Source of the DNA: Candidatus Bathyarchaeia archaeon
GTDB lineage: Archaea; Thermoproteota; Bathyarchaeia; Bathyarchaeales; Bathycorpusculaceae
Assembly (NCBI GenBank): GCA_049521795.1
Contig: JBEKOM010000001.1
Span: forward strand, 672,001 to 736,000
Direction: 5' to 3'
Length of the DNA: 64,000 nt
Part shown: in pieces, positions 1 to 9,507 of the stretch
How positions within the stretch are numbered: the stretch's first letter is position 1
How the letters are laid out: each line of letters opens with the position of its first letter
Made by a program: the position numbers and the translations under genes
The notes under the pieces: generated by a model
Seen by the model: the letters and a program-made list of their open reading frames with translations, nothing else
What the model was told of the DNA's origin: nothing
Database searches by the model: none

Positions 1-752
1 TCGGGATCGACTACCCTGATTTTTCCATCGTAGAAGTTCACTTTGTTGTTCTCGTCCACCAAGCCCATGTAGTATGTCTTCATAGTGTAGGCGTCGCTTT
101 TGATCATGTCAACATATTTGCTGTTGCCCAGGACGATGTCGTGGAATATCTTAAGCGTCAGTTTCGCGAATTCCAGCGATGACGCGGCCATCTTTTCGAT
201 TTCCTGCCTGTTCTCTTCGGTGAGGGCCTTGGAGATTCCGCCGGGCAGTCCGCACACGGGATGCGTCGCTTTTCCTCCGAGAATCTCTGTTATCTTTTGA
301 CCGTAGGCTCTGTGTTTGATGACTTCTTTGGCCACGTCCATGCCTGCTTTTTCAATGACGCCAAGGATGTTTCTTTTCTCAGGCGGAGCGTCGGGGCCTA
401 CTATGAAGTCTGGGCCACCTAGGTAGTAGAAGTGGAGTGTATGGTCATAGATGATGTATCCAGCGTACATGAGTTCCCTGAGCTTCTTGGCTGTGGACGG
501 CGGTTCAACGTTGAAAGCAGCGTCCAAGGCTTTAACTGACGCGAAGTGATGCGCGACGGGGCAGACTCCGCAGATTCTGGTGGTCAAAATCGGCATGAGT
601 TCAGCTCTTCTTCCGATGCAGAACTTCTCGAAACCTCTCAGTTCGGGAATTTTCAGGTAAGCGTTTTCCACTTCTCCTGTATCGTTGAGAAATATCGAAA
701 CGTTTCCGTGGCCCTCGAGTCTCGTGATAGGGTCTATGACTATTTCCTTCAT
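1..752 (-). CDS. mvhA: F420-non-reducing [NiFe]-hydrogenase large subunit (partial, runs off window start)
   Basis: Not in ORF track; manual translation gives MKEIVIDPITRLEGHG... and the L1 motif TRICGVCPVAHH; its ATG overlaps the mvhG stop (ATGA). Confidence 0.93.
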   Translation of the reverse strand, partial: MKEIVIDPITRLEGHGNVSIFLNDTGEVENAYLKIPELRGFEKFCIGRRAELMPILTTRICGVCPVAHHFASVKALDAAFNVEPPSTAKKLRELMYAGYIIYDHTLHFYYLGGPDFIVGPDAPPEKRNILGVIEKAGMDVAKEVIKHRAYGQKITEILGGKATHPVCGLPGGISKALTEENRQEIEKMAASSLEFAKLTLKIFHDIVLGNSKYVDMIKSDAYTMKTYYMGLVDENNKVNFYDGKIRVVDP

Positions 753-1735
753 TTTTTCATCACTTTCCTTCTGAGAATCGATGATGGTAACGAGTACATG
801 TAGAAAGTTCCCACAGGGTCTTTAACCTGGCTCATAAGCTTCTCAACTTCCTCTTCCGTGGCGTAGTGTTCCTGTTCGCCTTCCAGACCCATTATGGAGG
901 CCAGTGCACCTAGCATGGCTGATCCCTGCTCTGGCGCGTTGGGACACGGTCCGCCGCATCCTGTGCACGGCATGTCAACCGTCAGACATTGTGCTCCGCA
1001 TCCGCTGCGGGTCGCTGGGCCCATGCATATGATCCCTTGCTCAAGCAAGCATCGTTCGGGCTCTGGAGCTTTTTCATGGACTCGGTATATCTTGGATATC
1101 TTCTTGTTTTCTTTCTTTCGCGGACACTCGTCGCACACAGACTTTAGAGGGGCAAGCACGGAGCCTTTTGGCGGTAACTCATTTTTGGCTATGGCTTCCA
1201 CAGCGTTTACTATGAGTTTGACTGGAGGCGGGCATCCGGGCAAGTAATAGTCGACGTCTACGGTTTGATCCAGAGTTTTGACTGTGTCATAAAATTCTGG
1301 AAGCTTCAGCACGCCTTCTTTCACTTCGGACTTTGTTTTGGGGACTGCTCCTTTGGGGTTTGAGATCGATTTGCTTTCTAGATACACTTTGCTGAAAATC
1401 TCTTTTCGATCGTGAAGGTTGGCAAGGCCAGGCACGCATCCTTCTTGGGCGCATGAGCCGAAGGCCACGAGCGTCTTGGATTTTTGTCTCAGGAGCTTCG
1501 CCATGTGTTCTTGTTCTGCGCTCCTCACTGAACCGTTGAAGAAGCAGACGTCGATGTACTTGTCAGGCATGGCTTCGACATCTTTGTATTTGATGTCCAT
1601 AGCTACTGGCCAGAAGACTATGTCTGCAATGTTCACTACGTCCAGAATCTTCTCGTTCATGTCCAAGACTGCGATTTCGCATCCGCCGCAGCTCGCAGCC
1701 CAGTAGAGACCTATTTTCAGTTTTTCTTTAGGCAT
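749..1735 (-). CDS. mvhG: F420-non-reducing [NiFe]-hydrogenase small subunit
   Basis: SCGGCE, FGSCA, PGCPP, CDECP, CLLEQGIICMGPATRSGCGAQC motifs. Confidence 0.93.
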   Translation of the reverse strand: MPKEKLKIGLYWAASCGGCEIAVLDMNEKILDVVNIADIVFWPVAMDIKYKDVEAMPDKYIDVCFFNGSVRSAEQEHMAKLLRQKSKTLVAFGSCAQEGCVPGLANLHDRKEIFSKVYLESKSISNPKGAVPKTKSEVKEGVLKLPEFYDTVKTLDQTVDVDYYLPGCPPPVKLIVNAVEAIAKNELPPKGSVLAPLKSVCDECPRKKENKKISKIYRVHEKAPEPERCLLEQGIICMGPATRSGCGAQCLTVDMPCTGCGGPCPNAPEQGSAMLGALASIMGLEGEQEHYATEEEVEKLMSQVKDPVGTFYMYSLPSSILRRKVMKK

Positions 1736-2624
1736 ATGCTTTTACCTCACAGACTTTTCCTAATATTTTTGAGCAGTCAACTCGAAGCTCGTTAAATCCG
1801 AGTTCCTCAGGTGGCAATCCCATCGCTAAACCGAGCAACTGTGGATAGTGCAGCACAGGGATGCCGTAGACCTCGTTAAACATTTTCTCGATGCGAAGCT
1901 CGTTTGTGTCGTACATTATGTGGCAGAACGGGCAGATTGTTATCAGGGCTTGAGCTTCAACCTTCTTGATGTGATTGAGTTTGTCTCTGGCAAGTTGCAA
2001 CGCTATCTTGTCGTTGACGCCCACGCTTGGGGCGCCGCAGCATTCAGTTTCGTCCAAATAGTCTAGGCACGTCGCGCCTGTTGCTTCAATAAGGGTTTTG
2101 AGGGTCTGCGGGTCCTCAGGGTCATCGAAACCGATGTACTCCTTGGGTCTCAAGATGTGGCAACCGTTGTGTTCGGCAACTTTGATCATCGTGAGCGGTT
2201 TAGCAACGGCCTTTTTTATTTTGTCCAAGCCGACATCTTCGGTCAGCACCTGCATTATGTGCTTCGCGTTTGCGGTTCCCTTAAACTCCAATCCAGCTTC
2301 TTTCAGGTGCTTGTTGATCTCTTCGCGGAGAGCCTTGTCTTCCTTCAGCATCTTGCTGACTTTCTTTAGCGTTCCTGCGCAGCCAGGGCACAGGGCTATT
2401 ATGTTCAGACCTTTCTGCTCGGCCATGGCTAGGTTTCTTGCTGCCAGTACGAGCATCGTCTCGTGGCTTACAGGGTCTAGCGGTAAGCCGCAACAGTTGA
2501 ACTCGGGCATTTCAACAATCTCTACCCCTAGTTTTTGAAGGACTTTGCGAGCTGAGATTTCGTAAGCTGAAACACGGTATGGAATTGCGCACCCGAGAAA
2601 CATGAGGTATTTGAGCTCGGCCAT
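1728..2624 (-). CDS. hdrB: heterodisulfide reductase subunit B (copy 1)
   Basis: Two CCG domains (FLGC, CCG, CPGC, GCH, CCG, CPFC); start set at MAELKY just after the hdrC stop. Confidence 0.93.
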   Translation of the reverse strand: MAELKYLMFLGCAIPYRVSAYEISARKVLQKLGVEIVEMPEFNCCGLPLDPVSHETMLVLAARNLAMAEQKGLNIIALCPGCAGTLKKVSKMLKEDKALREEINKHLKEAGLEFKGTANAKHIMQVLTEDVGLDKIKKAVAKPLTMIKVAEHNGCHILRPKEYIGFDDPEDPQTLKTLIEATGATCLDYLDETECCGAPSVGVNDKIALQLARDKLNHIKKVEAQALITICPFCHIMYDTNELRIEKMFNEVYGIPVLHYPQLLGLAMGLPPEELGFNELRVDCSKILGKVCEVKAYA

Positions 2625-2625
2625 T

Positions 2626-3156
2626 CTAGTCACTTTTCTTCTCAACGCATTTCATGAGGTTCACGTCGTGGAGCGTTTTGCGTATGCTCTCGGGGTTGCC
2701 TTTCGGCAGTGGAGGCAGTCCCAGTGTTTGTCGCTTCTTCAGTCTCAGTTCTGGAATCCTATAAGCGTAGCCTGATTCAAGTATGCTTGCGGCTTCTTCT
2801 TTGAACACTTGTGGCATGATGCCTTGTTCAGCCGCTATGTTTCTTAGCACGCGTATGACGCTCGCGACTTCAACGTCCTGTGGGCATCTGTCTGTGCACG
2901 TGAAGCATGCGGCGCACAGCCATATCGTATCGCTCTTCAGGACTCGGTCTTTGAGTCCTAGGTGTGCCATTCGGATGATCTGTCTTGGACGGTAAGTTTC
3001 GCTGAACCTTGCAACTGGGCAGTCTGACGTGCATGTTCCACACTGGTAGCAGCGCATCAGTTTTTCCCCGCCGGGCATCTTTGCAATTTCATACTTGAAT
3101 TTGGGGTCAATTTCGGAGGCTTGAATTGGTTTCTGCTTGTTTTCTTGTTCCGTCAT
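2626..3156 (-). CDS. hdrC: heterodisulfide reductase subunit C (copy 1)
   Basis: CYQCGTCTSDCP and WLCAACFTCTDRCPQ. Confidence 0.93.
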   Translation of the reverse strand: MTEQENKQKPIQASEIDPKFKYEIAKMPGGEKLMRCYQCGTCTSDCPVARFSETYRPRQIIRMAHLGLKDRVLKSDTIWLCAACFTCTDRCPQDVEVASVIRVLRNIAAEQGIMPQVFKEEAASILESGYAYRIPELRLKKRQTLGLPPLPKGNPESIRKTLHDVNLMKCVEKKSD

Positions 3157-3593
3157 CTCGCTTCAGTCTCCGTGTTTTTCACGCGGTTCGGCCCGATCTT
3201 CTTCAGGTTTGCCACCATGTCGCGTACGACCGTGGCAAACTTGTCTCCTTCACTCGCTGAGATCCATTCGAGCCTCACGCGTTCCGGCTCGATTCCGAGT
3301 TCTTTCAAAGTGGTCTTTAGCAGAGTTATTCTTCTCAAAGCCTTGAAGTTTCCACTTATGTAGTGGCAGTCGGACGGTAGGTGGCAGCCGGCGACGAGCA
3401 CTCCGTCTGCGCCATCCTTGAAGGCTTCAAAAATGAAAGTTGGGTCGATTCTGCCGCTGCACATGACGCGTATGATCCTGATGTTTGTTGGATACTGAAT
3501 TCTGCTTACTCCTGCAAGATCCGCGCCTGCATAACTGCACCAGTTGCACAGGAACCCGATTATCTTCGGTTCAAACCCATCGTTGTCGCTCAT
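3153..3593 (-). CDS. mvhD: [2Fe-2S] hydrogenase delta subunit (copy 1)
   Basis: FLCNWCSYAGADLAG, RVMCSGR, GCH..DCHY, WISASEG; ATG at 3593 overlaps the hdrA stop. Confidence 0.94.
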   Translation of the reverse strand: MSDNDGFEPKIIGFLCNWCSYAGADLAGVSRIQYPTNIRIIRVMCSGRIDPTFIFEAFKDGADGVLVAGCHLPSDCHYISGNFKALRRITLLKTTLKELGIEPERVRLEWISASEGDKFATVVRDMVANLKKIGPNRVKNTETEAR

Positions 3594-6500
3594 CGGCACA
3601 CCTCCACCAGGGCAGCTTTGACCTGGGCAAGTATCTCTTCCGTAGTGAAGTGCCCTAATAAAATTGCTTTGGTCGGGCATGCTGTTCCGCATGCGCCACA
3701 GCCCTTGCACATGGCTTCGATCACATGCGCGACGGGTTTTCCATTCTTGTCCTTGATCTCAACGGCGCCGTATGGGCATAGGTTTTCACAAACTTTGCAT
3801 CCGCTGCACAGGTCTTCGTTGACCTTTGCGATGATTCCTTCTGTCTCAAGCGTTTTCTTGGACAGTATGGTCGTTGCCCTTGCAGCGGCCGCGCATGCTT
3901 GGGCAATGCTTTCGTCAATGTACTTCGGTGAGTGGGCCATTCCGCAGAGGAAGACGCCTTCTGTGGCAAAGTCAACAGGTCTGAGTTTCATGTGGGCTTC
4001 CAAGAAGAACCCGTCCTTTGTGAGAGGTACTTTCAGCATTTCGGCTACGTGCTTATTGTCAATGTTTGGGATAGTCGCTGCGCTCAAGACCACCATGTCA
4101 GGTTCGACTGTCACTTCTTCTCTGAGCACAGGCTCCCAGAAGGTCACCTTGAGCTTGCCGTTCTCATTTATCACTCTTGGTTTCCGTTCGTCTTCATAAT
4201 TGACGAACAAGACGCCTTTCGTTGAGGCTTCACGATAGTAGTCTTCCTTGAACCCGTACGCGCGGACGTCTTTGTACAGGACTAGGACCTCTGTGTCAGG
4301 ACATGCTTCCTTGATTTTCAAGGCGTTCTTTATTGCCTGCCCGCAGCATATTCTTGCGCAGTTTGGTCGTTCCTTGGTTCTGGCTCCGACACATTGAATC
4401 ATGACAACGTTATTGGCCTTGAATGTGCCGTCTGCCAGCCTTTCCTCCAGCTCATGTTGTGTAAGGATTCTCGGGTCTTGACCGTAAAGGTACTCTGTTG
4501 GCAGGTACTCGGTTGCACCTGTGGCTATTATAACGATGCCAACGTCGACTTCTTTCTCTTTGCCTTTGTGCGGCTTGATTTTTGCCTTATAGTTGCCAAC
4601 GAATCCTGTGATGTCAGTTACTTCTGCGTCGGCGTAAACGTGTATCTTCTCGTTCTGTCTTACCGCTTTGACCAAGCTGTTCAGCTTTTCATTCGGCTTT
4701 TCATCCGGTTCAAGCAGGTAGTGAATTGTACGTAGATGTCCACCTAACTCTTTTTCCCGTTCAACAAGATGAACATCGAAGCCTTGGTTGGCGAGTTCAG
4801 AGGCCGCAGTCATGCCTGCAACTCCACCGCCTATTACCAGGCCGACTTGTGTAACGTTTATCTGCGGCTTCTCCAGCGGCTTCAGAAGGGCTGCCTTCGC
4901 AACTATCGACCGGACCAAATCCTTGGCTTTTTGAGTTGCCTTCTCGGGCTCGTGCATGTGCACCCAGCTGCACTGGTCCCGAATGTTGGTCATCTCGAAG
5001 AGGTATGGGTTCAGCCCGGCCTCTTGGACTGTTTCTTTGAACAGGGGTTCGTGCGTGCGTGGAGTACACGAGGCGACGACAACTCGGTTTAGCTTGTGCT
5101 CCTGAATTTTCTCCCTCATCAGCTTCTGCGTATCTTGGGAGCAAGTGTAGACGTTTGCTTCTGCGTAAACCACGTTGGGCAAGGTCTTGGCATAGTCCAC
5201 GACTCTGGGGACGTTCACGACGCCGCCGATGTTTATGCCGCAGTGGCAAATGAAAACTCCTATCCGTGGTTGTTCTTTGCTCACGTCTCTTTCAGGCGGA
5301 TATTCTTTTGCAGTTATCAACTTTCCTCTTTCGGTTGCGATTATGCCCATGGCCTTTGATGCTGCACCGCTTGATTGGGCAACGCTTTCAGGGATGTCCT
5401 TCGGCGCTGAAAAGGCTCCGCAGACAAACACGCCTGGCCTCGACGTTTCCATAGGCTCGAAGGTCGTTGTCTCGCAGAAGCCGTACTTGTTAAGCTTTAT
5501 TCCCAGGATTTCAGCGAGTTTTTGAGCACTCTTAGGAGGCCGCATTCCAACTGAAAGGACAACCATGTCAAACTCTTCTCTCTTGGGGTCCTCGTTCTCA
5601 ACGTAGTGCAGAACCAGGTTTCCAGTCAACGGGTCCTCTGAGATGCTTGCCACCCTTGACCTGACAAAGTTTACGCCCCATTCCCCTTGGGCTCGGTTGT
5701 AGTAAGCGTCAAACTCCTTTCCGTAGCAACGCATGTCCATGTAGAAGATTGTACAATCCAGCGGGAAGGCGCTGTGCTCTTTGGCGATGACGGCTTCTTT
5801 GATGCCGTACATGCAGCATGCAGCAGAACAGTAGTTGTTTCCAAGCTGAGCGTCACGAGAGCCAACACACTGCACAAAAGCAATCTTTCGGGGTATCATC
5901 CCATCGAGTGGGCGCACGATTTTTCCGCCGAACGGGCCGGAAGCGCTCAGGATGCGCTCAAATTCTATGCTCGAAACAACGTTCAAGAAACGGCCGTAAC
6001 CATACTCTTTTTTCAGTCGGGGGTCAAATTCTTCAAACCCAGGCGCCAGTATTATGGATCCAACGTTAATTTTGAGAGTTTCAGGCTTCTGGTCAAAGTC
6101 CACGGCCTTAGCAGGACACACTCTTTCGCAGAGACGACATTTGATGCAGTGATCTTGGTCGATGCAGTATTTCAGCGGCACTGCTTGGGGAAAAGGAACG
6201 TAAATGGCTTTTCTTATGCCCATGTCAACGTCAAACTCATTCGGCACCTCAGTTGGGCAGTTCTGTGCACAAACGCCGCAGCCCGTGCACTTTTCAACGT
6301 TCACAAATTGCGGATGCTTCAGTATTGTGATTTCGAAATTCCCAGCTTTACCCTTGACCTCTTGCAATTCAGAATAAGTCAAGAGTTGAATGTTCGGATG
6401 TCTGCCTGCGGTAACGAGTTTCGGCGCCAGAATGCACATGGAACAATCGTTAGTTGGAAACGTTTTGTCCAGCTGCGCCATCGTTCCGCCGATGCTTGTT

Positions 6501-6610
6501 GACTCGTCAAGAAGGTAGACCTTAAAACCAGAATCCGCCAGATCCAAGGATGCTTGAATACCGGCGACTCCGCCGCCGACGACTAGAACGGCGCCGACTT
6601 TCCCGTTCAT
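3590..6610 (-). CDS. hdrA: large HdrA with two FAD/thioredoxin-reductase modules (1006 aa)
   Basis: Two GGGVAG Rossmann motifs, QLDKTFPTNDC, two QCVG(S/A)R...CxxxCC motifs, internal VFICHCG domain, ferredoxin motifs. Confidence 0.93.
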   Translation of the reverse strand: MNGKVGAVLVVGGGVAGIQASLDLADSGFKVYLLDESTSIGGTMAQLDKTFPTNDCSMCILAPKLVTAGRHPNIQLLTYSELQEVKGKAGNFEITILKHPQFVNVEKCTGCGVCAQNCPTEVPNEFDVDMGIRKAIYVPFPQAVPLKYCIDQDHCIKCRLCERVCPAKAVDFDQKPETLKINVGSIILAPGFEEFDPRLKKEYGYGRFLNVVSSIEFERILSASGPFGGKIVRPLDGMIPRKIAFVQCVGSRDAQLGNNYCSAACCMYGIKEAVIAKEHSAFPLDCTIFYMDMRCYGKEFDAYYNRAQGEWGVNFVRSRVASISEDPLTGNLVLHYVENEDPKREEFDMVVLSVGMRPPKSAQKLAEILGIKLNKYGFCETTTFEPMETSRPGVFVCGAFSAPKDIPESVAQSSGAASKAMGIIATERGKLITAKEYPPERDVSKEQPRIGVFICHCGINIGGVVNVPRVVDYAKTLPNVVYAEANVYTCSQDTQKLMREKIQEHKLNRVVVASCTPRTHEPLFKETVQEAGLNPYLFEMTNIRDQCSWVHMHEPEKATQKAKDLVRSIVAKAALLKPLEKPQINVTQVGLVIGGGVAGMTAASELANQGFDVHLVEREKELGGHLRTIHYLLEPDEKPNEKLNSLVKAVRQNEKIHVYADAEVTDITGFVGNYKAKIKPHKGKEKEVDVGIVIIATGATEYLPTEYLYGQDPRILTQHELEERLADGTFKANNVVMIQCVGARTKERPNCARICCGQAIKNALKIKEACPDTEVLVLYKDVRAYGFKEDYYREASTKGVLFVNYEDERKPRVINENGKLKVTFWEPVLREEVTVEPDMVVLSAATIPNIDNKHVAEMLKVPLTKDGFFLEAHMKLRPVDFATEGVFLCGMAHSPKYIDESIAQACAAAARATTILSKKTLETEGIIAKVNEDLCSGCKVCENLCPYGAVEIKDKNGKPVAHVIEAMCKGCGACGTACPTKAILLGHFTTEEILAQVKAALVEVCR

Positions 6611-6819
6611 TATTTTTCATCCTTGAATGGATTCAAAAGCTTTCCATATGTAAACCCCCTTATTAATTTGATGTCATTTCTCACGTGAAATCTACATTGT
6701 TCTAACAGCTTCCGGCACGGTCAAAAACATGCGTGTAACATCTCTTTTCTTGATTCATATGGACGTTTAAGTCCAAAGCTATACTCTTATTAGCATGCGG
6801 TCCAAAGTAGAACGTAACG
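6611..6819. promoter_or_regulatory. divergent promoter region between the two hdr operons
   Basis: AT-rich 209-bp spacer between divergent starts with TATA-like words (e.g. TTATTAA near 6660); exact sites not defined. Confidence 0.5.
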
Positions 6820-7320
6820 GTGATTTCATTGAGTCACTTGGACTCCAACTTCATGCATGAAGTTGCCAACACGCCTAGGGGACGAGGGGTCCTTGCGTGT
6901 ATACAGTGCGGAAGATGTACAAGCAGTTGTCCAGTTTCCAAGGTTGTACCAGAACATAACCCTCGGAAGCTGATGGAAATGATCATACTGGGCCTGCGTT
7001 CTGACGTGCTCGACGGACAATTGCCATGGTACTGTCTATCATGTTTCACCTGCCTTGACAGGTGTCCACAAGGCGGAGACGTGGGAGAGGCAATGTTTGC
7101 AATAAGAAACTTGACTGCAAAACAGGGAAACATTCCTGAGGGCATACTTGTCCAAGCTCAAAGTCTTTATGACAATGGACGCGTCGTGACTGCAGGCAGG
7201 ATGGCCGTGATCCAAAGGGAGAAGTATGGGCTGTGCAAAGAACCGGCGGTTGATGTTAAAGCCGTGCAGAAGATTCTCAAAAAGACCCATTTCGACAAGC
7301 TGCTGAAGAAGGGTTCGTGA
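6820..7320 (+). CDS. hdrC: heterodisulfide reductase subunit C (copy 2)
   Basis: CIQCGRCTSSCP and WYCLSCFTCLDRCPQ. Confidence 0.9.
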   Translation: MISLSHLDSNFMHEVANTPRGRGVLACIQCGRCTSSCPVSKVVPEHNPRKLMEMIILGLRSDVLDGQLPWYCLSCFTCLDRCPQGGDVGEAMFAIRNLTAKQGNIPEGILVQAQSLYDNGRVVTAGRMAVIQREKYGLCKEPAVDVKAVQKILKKTHFDKLLKKGS

Positions 7321-8201
7321 TACCTGTGAAATATGCCTTCTTCTTGGGCTGTCTGATACCTGCTAGGCAACCGCACTACGAGAATTCAGTGCGAAAGATT
7401 CTTCCTCAACTCGGCGTGGAGCTTGTCGACATGGATGGCGCAAACTGCTGTGCTCCGTTCAGCATTCAATCTTTGGACTACACTAGTTGGCTTGCGTTGG
7501 CCGCCAGAAACCTCTGCATAGCTGAGCAGATGGGACTTAACATCATGACTCTGTGCAACGACTGCTACGAATCTCTTCTGGCGGTGAACACGCTTTTGAA
7601 AGAGAACAAGGAGCTGCGAAACAGCGTAAACAAGATCCTTTCTGATGTGGGAATGGAGTTCAAAGGAAAGACAGATGTCAAGATCTTCAGTGACGTCTTG
7701 TACGAAGACGTGGGATTAGAAAAGGTGAAGGACGCGGTCAAGAAACCATTCGAAGGACTTCGAGTGGCAGTGCAGCCAGGATGCCACCTGACGAAGCCCA
7801 AACGGATACATTTTGAACAGCAGATAGGTCAACTGGCCTTGGAAAAGCTCGTGGAGGCGACAGGTGCAATATCTGTCCCGTACGAGAGAAAAGAGGCTTG
7901 TTGCGGCGGCCCACTTCGAGGCATCAACGATGAAGTTGCGTTGCAGGTAGCGAAGCAAAAACTGGATTGTATGAGGGCTGCGGGGGTTGATTGCATAACA
8001 ACTGTGTGTCCATTCTGCTATCTGGAACTCGACATGGGGCAGATCGAGATTAAAAGGCACCTAAACGAAGACTACAACTTCCCAGTGCTGCATTTTGCCG
8101 AGTTACTCAGGATAGCGATGGGCATCAAACTGGAAGATTGGGAAGTAAAAGCCCACAGGATTCCGATCACGAAAATATTGGATATGGCGGAGGCGAAATG
8201 A
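7317..8201 (+). CDS. hdrB: heterodisulfide reductase subunit B (copy 2)
   Basis: FLGCLIP, CCAP, CNDC, PGCH, CCGG, CPFC. Confidence 0.9.
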   Translation: MIPVKYAFFLGCLIPARQPHYENSVRKILPQLGVELVDMDGANCCAPFSIQSLDYTSWLALAARNLCIAEQMGLNIMTLCNDCYESLLAVNTLLKENKELRNSVNKILSDVGMEFKGKTDVKIFSDVLYEDVGLEKVKDAVKKPFEGLRVAVQPGCHLTKPKRIHFEQQIGQLALEKLVEATGAISVPYERKEACCGGPLRGINDEVALQVAKQKLDCMRAAGVDCITTVCPFCYLELDMGQIEIKRHLNEDYNFPVLHFAELLRIAMGIKLEDWEVKAHRIPITKILDMAEAK

Positions 8202-8202
8202 T

Positions 8203-9507
8203 ATGCCGAAAGCAGTCATGGTAGTAGGCGGCGGCATAGCAGGCATACAAGCTTCTCTAGACTTGGCGAACAGGGGACTAAAAGTATACTTGGTTGAGAA
8301 GAGGCCAAGCATAGGCGGAAGGATGGCGCAGTTAGATAAGACTTTCCCGACGATGGACTGTTCAATGTGCATTCTAGCGCCGAAGATGATAGAGTGCTCT
8401 CACCACCCGAACGTTCAACTCTTGACTTATTCGGAAGTGAAGGCTGTAAAAGGCTCGGCTGGCAACTTTAAGGTGACAGTTCTCAAGAAGCCGAGATATG
8501 TTGACGAGAAAAAGTGCAGCGGATGCCTGATCTGCGCGCAGAACTGCCCTACTGAAGCACTTAACGAGTTTGATGAGTACATAGGAGTGAGAAAGGCTAT
8601 CTACATGCCCTTCATGCAGGCAGTTCCAAGGGTCGCAGTCATAGACAAGGAAAGCTGTGTTGAGTGCGGACTTTGCGACAAGGTCTGCCCAAACAAGGCC
8701 GTGAACAGGGCTCAACAACCAGAAGAGATTGAACTTGACGTTGGAGCGATAGTCCTTGCAACAGGCTTCGACGTGTTCAACCCCTCAGTGATAACGCAAT
8801 ATGGATACAAGCGCTTCAAGAACGTCGTTACGGCCATGGAACTTGAACGCCTTCTGTGCGCATCAGGTCCAACTGGCGGACGTCTGATGAGACCGTCAGA
8901 CGGCAAGATACCTGGAAGCATAGCTTTCATTCAGTGCGTGGGTTCCCGTGACAGAAGACCCTGGATCGGCCACTCCTACTGTTCAAGCATCTGCTGCAAG
9001 TACGCGGTCAAGGACGCGGTGCTCATAAAAGAGCATGAACCGAGTTCTCTCGTCACGATTTTCTACATAGACATGCGGGCGTTCGGCAAAGGATTCCAAG
9101 AGTTCGTGAACAGGGCAAAGTCCGAGTTTGGAGTAGAATTCATTCGAAGCAATCCTGGAGAGATCTCAGAGGACCCGAAGACGGGCAACCTGATCGTTTG
9201 CTTTGAGGACCCGATAACCCGGACTGTTCAGAGTATCCCCTTTGACCTCGTGGTGTTGAGTCCAGCATTGGTCCCGAGCGAAGGAGTTGTCGAGCTGTCG
9301 AAGACGGTGGGAGTGGAGCTGGACAATTATGGATTCTTCAAGCTGGAAGATTCGGTGAGAAGACCGTTAGATACGACTGTGCCAGGCATTTTTGCCTGCG
9401 GCTACTGCGTCGGTCCCAAGACGGGAGATATTCCGGACTCGATAACTCAGGGAAGTGCCACGGCCGGTCGAGTGGCTGAGCTCTTGAAGGTCAAGGAGGC
9501 GGCATAG
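8203..9507 (+). CDS. hdrA: HdrA-like subunit matching the N-terminal half of the 1006-aa HdrA
   Basis: GGGIAG, QLDKTFPTMDCSMC, inserted 2x[4Fe-4S], QCVGSRD...YCSSICC. Confidence 0.9.
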   Translation: MPKAVMVVGGGIAGIQASLDLANRGLKVYLVEKRPSIGGRMAQLDKTFPTMDCSMCILAPKMIECSHHPNVQLLTYSEVKAVKGSAGNFKVTVLKKPRYVDEKKCSGCLICAQNCPTEALNEFDEYIGVRKAIYMPFMQAVPRVAVIDKESCVECGLCDKVCPNKAVNRAQQPEEIELDVGAIVLATGFDVFNPSVITQYGYKRFKNVVTAMELERLLCASGPTGGRLMRPSDGKIPGSIAFIQCVGSRDRRPWIGHSYCSSICCKYAVKDAVLIKEHEPSSLVTIFYIDMRAFGKGFQEFVNRAKSEFGVEFIRSNPGEISEDPKTGNLIVCFEDPITRTVQSIPFDLVVLSPALVPSEGVVELSKTVGVELDNYGFFKLEDSVRRPLDTTVPGIFACGYCVGPKTGDIPDSITQGSATAGRVAELLKVKEAA